A stretch of DNA of 64,000 nucleotides. Origin: an uncultured Gammaproteobacteria bacterium (lineage in GTDB: Bacteria > Patescibacteriota > Patescibacteriia > Patescibacteriales > WJLG01). Numbering within the stretch: position 1 is the first letter of the stretch; every line of letters starts with the position of its first letter. Positions 62,401 to 64,000 of the stretch are shown here, piece by piece. The stretch spans positions 8,310 through 72,309 of the forward strand of contig CAYNAR010000004.1 in assembly GCA_964395625.1 (NCBI GenBank), written 5' to 3'. The notes under the pieces are model-generated. The model worked only from the letters and a program-made list of their open reading frames with translations. It was not told where the DNA came from and ran no database searches. A program made the translations under genes and the position numbers.

Positions 62401-64000
62401 CGGAACCGAGTGTCTATTGGTGGTATCCTGTTGTCATTTCTTCCGATGGGTCAACATTTATCGCCAACGATTCAAGTGATGATGATAGTTTTTATCTTTC
62501 TACGACATCAGGAGTGTCTTGGTCAAAAATGGATTTTATTGGAGATGTCGATGAGGAATGGGGAACCTTTGCTATGTCTTCCGATGGTTCAGTTGTAATT
62601 GCTGGAACGGTGGCTATGCATTTTATGGGTGATATCAATTTTTATATCTCTACTACTTCCGGCACCACTTGGTCAAAGATTTTAGATAGCTATAGTGCTA
62701 GTAGCTGGAGTTCTTCGGCTATGTCCGACGATGGCTTGTTTATGTTGGCCGGTCAGGGGAATGGTCGTTTGTTTATGTCTAGCTCTACTGGTCGTTATTG
62801 GACCGAGGTTCGTCCAGCCGGAGACGTTGATAGCTCTTGGCGTGGTTTGGCCGTATCCTCCGACGGATCGATTATGGTTGCAAGTAATGAGTATGACGTT
62901 TATATTTCAACCGATTTTGGTGAGAGCTGGACTGTTTCCAGCGCCGGATTTGGTTCTTCTTTGGCTATGTCCGCAGATGGATCTATTATTTTTGCATGCA
63001 ATGTTGGCATGATGTCTACTACTACTGGTACCACTTGGGTTAGTGTTGCTTATGGAGGAGTTGGTTGCGCTATTTCCGATGACGGGTCTGTTATTTCCGT
63101 TGCTCTTGGAGCTAATCCGGAATATCCGATGGGCGTTGTAGTTTCTTTTGATTACGGTGATACTTGGACGGAGGAAACTCCGACAGGAGTTCAAAATGCT
63201 CCAACTCCTGGAACTTCCATGAATGGCGATGGTTCATTTCTTGCTGTTGGTGGGTATGGTGTTTATTTTTATAATTCAGGCGGATCGACGGGGGTGTCTG
63301 CTTACTTGGTGACTGAAAATAGCAATGTTCCGTCGTTATTCAATCCGTACTGGGAAAACACCCCAACTTCTACTTATGTTTTTTCTTCTTCTGGAAATAA
63401 AACTCTTTACGCTTGGGCTAGAGATGCGGCTGGAAATATTTCCGCAAGTTTGTACGAATATATTTTGATCGATAACCAAGCTCCAGTAATAGATTCTTTC
63501 ACTATTCCTATTGCCTCGGCATCTACTACTGTCGCAATTTCTAGCTTGGAAGTTTCCGATGATAATTTGAGTATAAATTGGGGAGAGATTAGGCCGGCTG
63601 GTGATGTTGATATGTATTGGACGGCCTCTGACATGTCCGCCGATGGCTCAGTGATTATTGCCGGCAACGCTTTTACTTCCGGTCGTATCTACCTTTCTAC
63701 TACCACTGGAAATAATTGGAATGAGATTAGACCGGCCGGAGATTTTGATTATGATTGGAGTATCGCTAAGGTATCACAGGATGGTTCTGCTATATTAGCA
63801 AGCTATGCCGATGCTTATAGTGATGGAAGACTTTATTTTTCAACTACCACCGGAGCAAGTTGGTCTGAAGTTCGCCCAATGGGCGATGTTGACGCAAGAT
63901 GGAACGTGGCTGATATTTCTTCTAGCGCCTCTTCTATGATTGCCGGTGTTTACGCTGGTCGCTTATACAAATCAACGACAACGGGAGACACTTGGTCGGA
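50487..64000 (+). CDS. Giant surface protein 3 (>4,504 aa, 3' end beyond the window): LamG with inserted propeller, parallel beta-helix modules, Ig-like domains with inserted BNR/Ycf48-like beta-propellers, FN3
   Basis: Absent from the supplied ORF track because it has no stop in the window. ATG 50487 gives 'MKEKIISLLKRKFIVPILFIGVFFVVFLSF' (TM anchor). I hand-translated this frame at about 50.49-51.3, 52.26-52.65, 54.24-54.72, 55.44-55.68, 58.44-58.53, 60.00-60.06 and 63.96-64.00 kb and found no stops and coherent domains. Every listed plus-strand ORF in 50.5-64 kb is in one of the other two frames. Confidence 0.88.
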   Translation, partial: MKEKIISLLKRKFIVPILFIGVFFVVFLSFSKFSGASFFSWIQSFWRGEATSTIAVYPADDNNWAHYTSLSNVSTSSAIATSGLVAYWNFENSVNDQIGSNNGVVFGSPAYASSSIATGDALNFDGNDDYVELADDDVLDFENNFTVSAWVKKGEDNKFQGIIDKGVYSLSILEDDRAYFQISDGSGSFISLGTPPTGNIFTITSYNNQLYANNNNGQVYRYNGDSTWTSVGTPGGVGNDLFNLVVFFGKLYAAGEGSNKIYRYDGGTNWVNVGELISANRVRSLQVYEGGIYLAGSYSFNTGYVSRYNPDNKNVSLGSLGGTVNALTTFDGSLYAGVAESGIVYRYDGGTTWTSIGALNTTSSSPYPTSMAVYDDTMFSSEWYDAEVYRYDGGTTWSEVWATTTTDIRTIAVYNGDLIGAATDGRLYRYNGPMDWAPLGDIGAVSNVRGLYAYDGKLILGTNAGAYSYGNGKGIGTELEIGDSLVNLVATYDGSEMKLYVDGVLSTSTSVSLIVASNTKELLIGKSFGSRKGGYSSSGEENFRGLIDEVRIYNRALSYEEIKNNYRAEKYGQDRIFLNIATTSVTETSDADFDGTADNAAIFNNAIRLASSSGYYATGTYTSLAIEIPNTDYLSATWSSTTPASTSISVKFRTASTSDMAGATAWSFCYEYWNGYDISNSSCVIDGQRYLQYQIGLYTDISTSTPELTDITVNYGNYNTTGNVVSSVFDFGNDSYFLDSLGWHESIFPNASVSASVRTAGTSGGVSSASWNDVTRNNCDISSYIATCASTTLDSSVKDGSNDRYAQYRINLTSDGAYTPIVSQFTLTGTDGLETIASPTPIYRSVGVGGENEIASGSVATLLTIDALGNATFSGTTIPDRVGVGDAIVYDTDNSNTITAADDIVFIHSRSSSTAYTVKTQYGVDTATTTTANDTWAIYRAYISLVAMAASVNNLSILPSYDDWSDTRDLAANNEIWNIACYGGSGADNNYAIFDWNTDIDNYFKIYTPYLPSEVGISQRHNGLMDFSKYYRTDYLRIDSSRAVVDGLQIDWTGGGNGIWFNGSQVDGGVVVSNNIIANNYAGGSYIAGVYISGAGGGAIHKVYNNIVYGYNQTNQNGILVEDSVSAIGYVYNNTVIDCYRGLNNGATTLIAKNNILYRNSDDFYGSSVGASSTNNAFFEAGPGYNDVDISAYASTSLFIDPTNKDFRLRGDSPVVSQGANLSADRYLVFNSDIQGEFRASSSAWDIGADEYYDTYAPTVTTFIIPSVSSSTNIYINSFTASDDSGVTGYLINESASTPSLSDSKWETSATTTYSFVTAGNKTIYAWVRDAAGNISSYASSSVLIDVFVPVISSFVIPSLASSTTISINNFIAKDNYNWSNVYTAPVATSTWRSLDVSADGSTIVGVLLGDNYEGRVYRSIDSGVNWSELRPDGDIDRDWTTISVSDDGSTIIVGAWTNSDVYLSTTSGEIWALVDSGNYGPISAISSDGSVIAFGKYMGQVVVSTDNGSSWSSNSGFMGYMTFLDMSDDGSVIVAGSENYYDGRILISTTSGDSWAQLYPGGNGSRDWINLSVSGDGTTIVTGIVSDDDLFISRDVGKTWSTITPVTPFSGSWSRSEISIDGSKIIIGDSDGNTYESNDSGVTWAKISSDCGIIKLLSDESVFFSASSSNEVFYGASSTAAIFAYIITENSSIPSLSDSRWESVPTSTYVFSSSGQKILYAWARDTVGNISDSFSDNVLIDIASPVISSFVVPAFSPSTSVEITELRATDDNSSIFWSEVQPAGNNDFNWNISASFDGSIVLAGNSDYSGLINGLYISTTTVAAWSEIYPATGTGFSWIPFVSASGSVLMVSGSNYSSSTGRLYMSTTTGRTWAEVRPAGDDDFVWYSSLSSDGSIILAENSNLIDYAGSLFISTTTGRTWVDISPVTGVELNWYSSVSANGAVIMAASSNYSSSTGRLYISTTTGNIWSEVRPAGDFDFVWGVSVSADGSVIFAVSSDFSSYNGRIYKSTDTGRTWTEVRPAGDFDFNWGPVEISSDGSVVIAGIYSGLSYISHDGGVNWQVVSLNGGIYGFSGASIVDNEYDSKIFLGYGARMYYGSVFKYFLSESPTTPSIYDAAWQIGAPASYAFSSSGEKELYVWAMDNAKIISLMSFASTTIDDTLPVVTAFEIPSVNGSLTVPISTFTASDDNAVVGYIVTNTASTPALSDLAWEASATTTYTFATPGSKTLYAWVRDEAGNISTSLSDTVFIDAIAPVIYGIATSSISTSTVVIVWETDELSSSTVRYGTSTNYYFASSSDILIASHTISIKNLIGSTTYHFRVESTDQYGNRATSSDHAFVTGNYHAPTQIYRSVGVGGANEIASGTATALLTIDIDGNATFSGIQMPNRVGVGDAIVYDTDNSNTITTADDIVFIHGRSSSTAYTVKNQTGANTATTTTANDTWFVYRAYTSLLNAEASTNNTSIVPSYDSWSNGRDISAQTGFNEIWNIACYGDAFDTSLVTIDGWTTHGANYLRIYTPTSTSEVGVSQRHSGVMDPNAYTLSVNNTGATIIYADHVRIDGLQIIISGTGFDSKSFYIKGRGPSNEYYVSNNILKGAGPLAGNWNDGVMVDWNAPGRGTARVWNNIIYNFNRTAGNGFGIHLENSLYTYYVYNNTVYKNYYGIQRGGGVVIAKNNLSFQNIDDYAINNHASSTNNAYSEGSAPASNSLNISAYASTSIFVDPANEDFRIRGGSPVIDQGANLSADRYWPFAYDIEKQARPNGSAWDIGADEYYDFSAPTVTAFVIPSVSSSTSVRINSFTASDDSAVTGYIVTENFTTPSLSDARWESSATTTYRFVLLGGRTLYAYARDAAGNVSAYASSSVLLDNSAPLVLSFDIAPWFSSSTSISLASFLGVDAYSWTEVQPAGDFDFTWLGGAMSADGSVAIAGVFDGRLYISTTTGASWSEVRPAGDTNQYWRSFDSSPGGTTLYVGSIGRLYISTTTGRVWSELRPAGDVDRDWNAVSASDDGSIVVAGAWTEDELYLSADYGNNWSLVDPGAGYGWRGAEVSTDGSTIFVANTLNLFVSTSSGASWKELIPDPYVQDEWYDIAMSDDGSIMTARNGSNLYISTSTGKNWKFVGSLNPFFAGNVVSGDGRTIAVHDLFSIDYGKNWFGLDGDSFGLHHAISYDGKIILDGSMWGGTRLYVGAMGPEGALLNYIVTESSSTPSKIDSRWESSATTTYVFSSSGNKTLYPWIRDAAGNISQEPPLGDSVLIDIVSPSIISFTVPSVSTSTTVGINQLQASDDNIVVHWSDILQGTTTNSGWDSVKISSDGSTLIAGLRYDHFFVSTTSGVNWAERNPSGVKGGEWVGTALSADGSVIIAGDYGGRLYLSTSSGESWLEVRPAGDVNANWGEASVSADGSRIAVGANGGRLYLSSNYGKNWSEFQPSGDSNRAWHCLDMSADGSVILAGVYSGRLYRSTTSGATWQETQPLGNSNRGWDFCFVSSDGSNVFAGASNNFIYRSQNFGATWTEVPTENPPSISTWNELAVSSDASTIAVSVPTGDVYRSTDFGVSWTIARPFAFPLASIDVSYLALSADGSKLLVGNSDYLYEADYRFKYLLNESASTPSIYDSAWQIGAPASYAFSSDGTKTLYAWAMDNAKNVSLMASASTTIDNIIPTVDTFTIPFLASSTTVEITSFTASDDNAVTGYIITNTAAVPSLSDSAWEASATTSYTFATPGSKTLYAWVRDVVGNISTSLSDTVIIDITAPVISDIATSTGISTTTITWNTDDNSDSVVYYGTTTSYGLVFSSSATTTSHSINLSGLNPYTTYHFQVEATDEYGNTSTSSDLTFTTTGGEAPTITSFVVPSVSASTTIAITSFIATDDYGVAGYLINESAATPNLSNSRWETTPTSTYTFTLSGARVLYAWAKDAIGNISNYASSSVVVDVTAPILSGFSIPSLSSSTTVYLSSLSADDPNVWPEVQPEPSVYWWYPVVISSDGSTFIANDSSDDDSFYLSTTSGVSWSKMDFIGDVDEEWGTFAMSSDGSVVIAGTVAMHFMGDINFYISTTSGTTWSKILDSYSASSWSSSAMSDDGLFMLAGQGNGRLFMSSSTGRYWTEVRPAGDVDSSWRGLAVSSDGSIMVASNEYDVYISTDFGESWTVSSAGFGSSLAMSADGSIIFACNVGMMSTTTGTTWVSVAYGGVGCAISDDGSVISVALGANPEYPMGVVVSFDYGDTWTEETPTGVQNAPTPGTSMNGDGSFLAVGGYGVYFYNSGGSTGVSAYLVTENSNVPSLFNPYWENTPTSTYVFSSSGNKTLYAWARDAAGNISASLYEYILIDNQAPVIDSFTIPIASASTTVAISSLEVSDDNLSINWGEIRPAGDVDMYWTASDMSADGSVIIAGNAFTSGRIYLSTTTGNNWNEIRPAGDFDYDWSIAKVSQDGSAILASYADAYSDGRLYFSTTTGASWSEVRPMGDVDARWNVADISSSASSMIAGVYAGRLYKSTTTGDTWS

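Noticed and set aside
1-64000. Alternative genetic code (UGA recoded, as in some CPR lineages)
   Set aside because: TGA terminates rlmN (2322-2324) and tatD (13081-13083) at the expected conserved C-termini. All long ORFs are open under the standard code.

Overview
64-kb window from a low-GC (about 40-45% by eye), Shine-Dalgarno-poor bacterial genome coded almost entirely on the plus strand under the standard code (TGA terminates rlmN and tatD). Gene content and style suggest an uncultivated CPR/Patescibacteria-type organism; this is inference only. Nt 1-15.3 kb is ordinary housekeeping and envelope content: RseP fragment, lipoprotein cyclophilin, RlmN, a NAGPA-like secreted protein, DUF167, a half-size MFS-like protein, three GT2 glycosyltransferases, GalU, a PEGA-domain protein, MurA, TatD, and groES-groEL behind a sigma70-type promoter plus a CIRCE operator. 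Nt 15.7-64 kb is a surface-protein island dominated by three giant ORFs: 1,940 aa, 6,616 aa, and >4,504 aa. The third runs off the window end and is absent from the supplied ORF track. Together they occupy 39,188 nt (61% of the window). Between giants 2 and 3 lies an accessory block. It contains a 346-aa secreted protein whose C-terminal domain is homologous to the C-terminus of the 6,616-aa giant. It also holds three paralogous signal-peptide/C-terminal-TM proteins with DUF916/DUF3324-like (WxL-interacting-protein-like) layout, and two membrane-anchored FGE/SUMF1-fold paralogs lacking the catalytic Cys pair. A TM/coiled-coil protein and a dockerin-bearing secreted protein complete the block. 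My lead hypothesis is a previously undescribed analogue of the Firmicute Csc/WxL cell-surface complex that displays giant modular adhesins. Other observations include repeated nested domain insertions, an 8-unit tandem repeat, a C-ending-codon GC island inside giant 3, perfect DnaA-box-like 10-mers in the intergenic regions flanking the giants, leaderless-type promoters, and a REP-like palindromic element. No rRNA, tRNA, CRISPR, transposase or integrase was seen. All family assignments come from motif recognition by eye, without HMM or BLAST.
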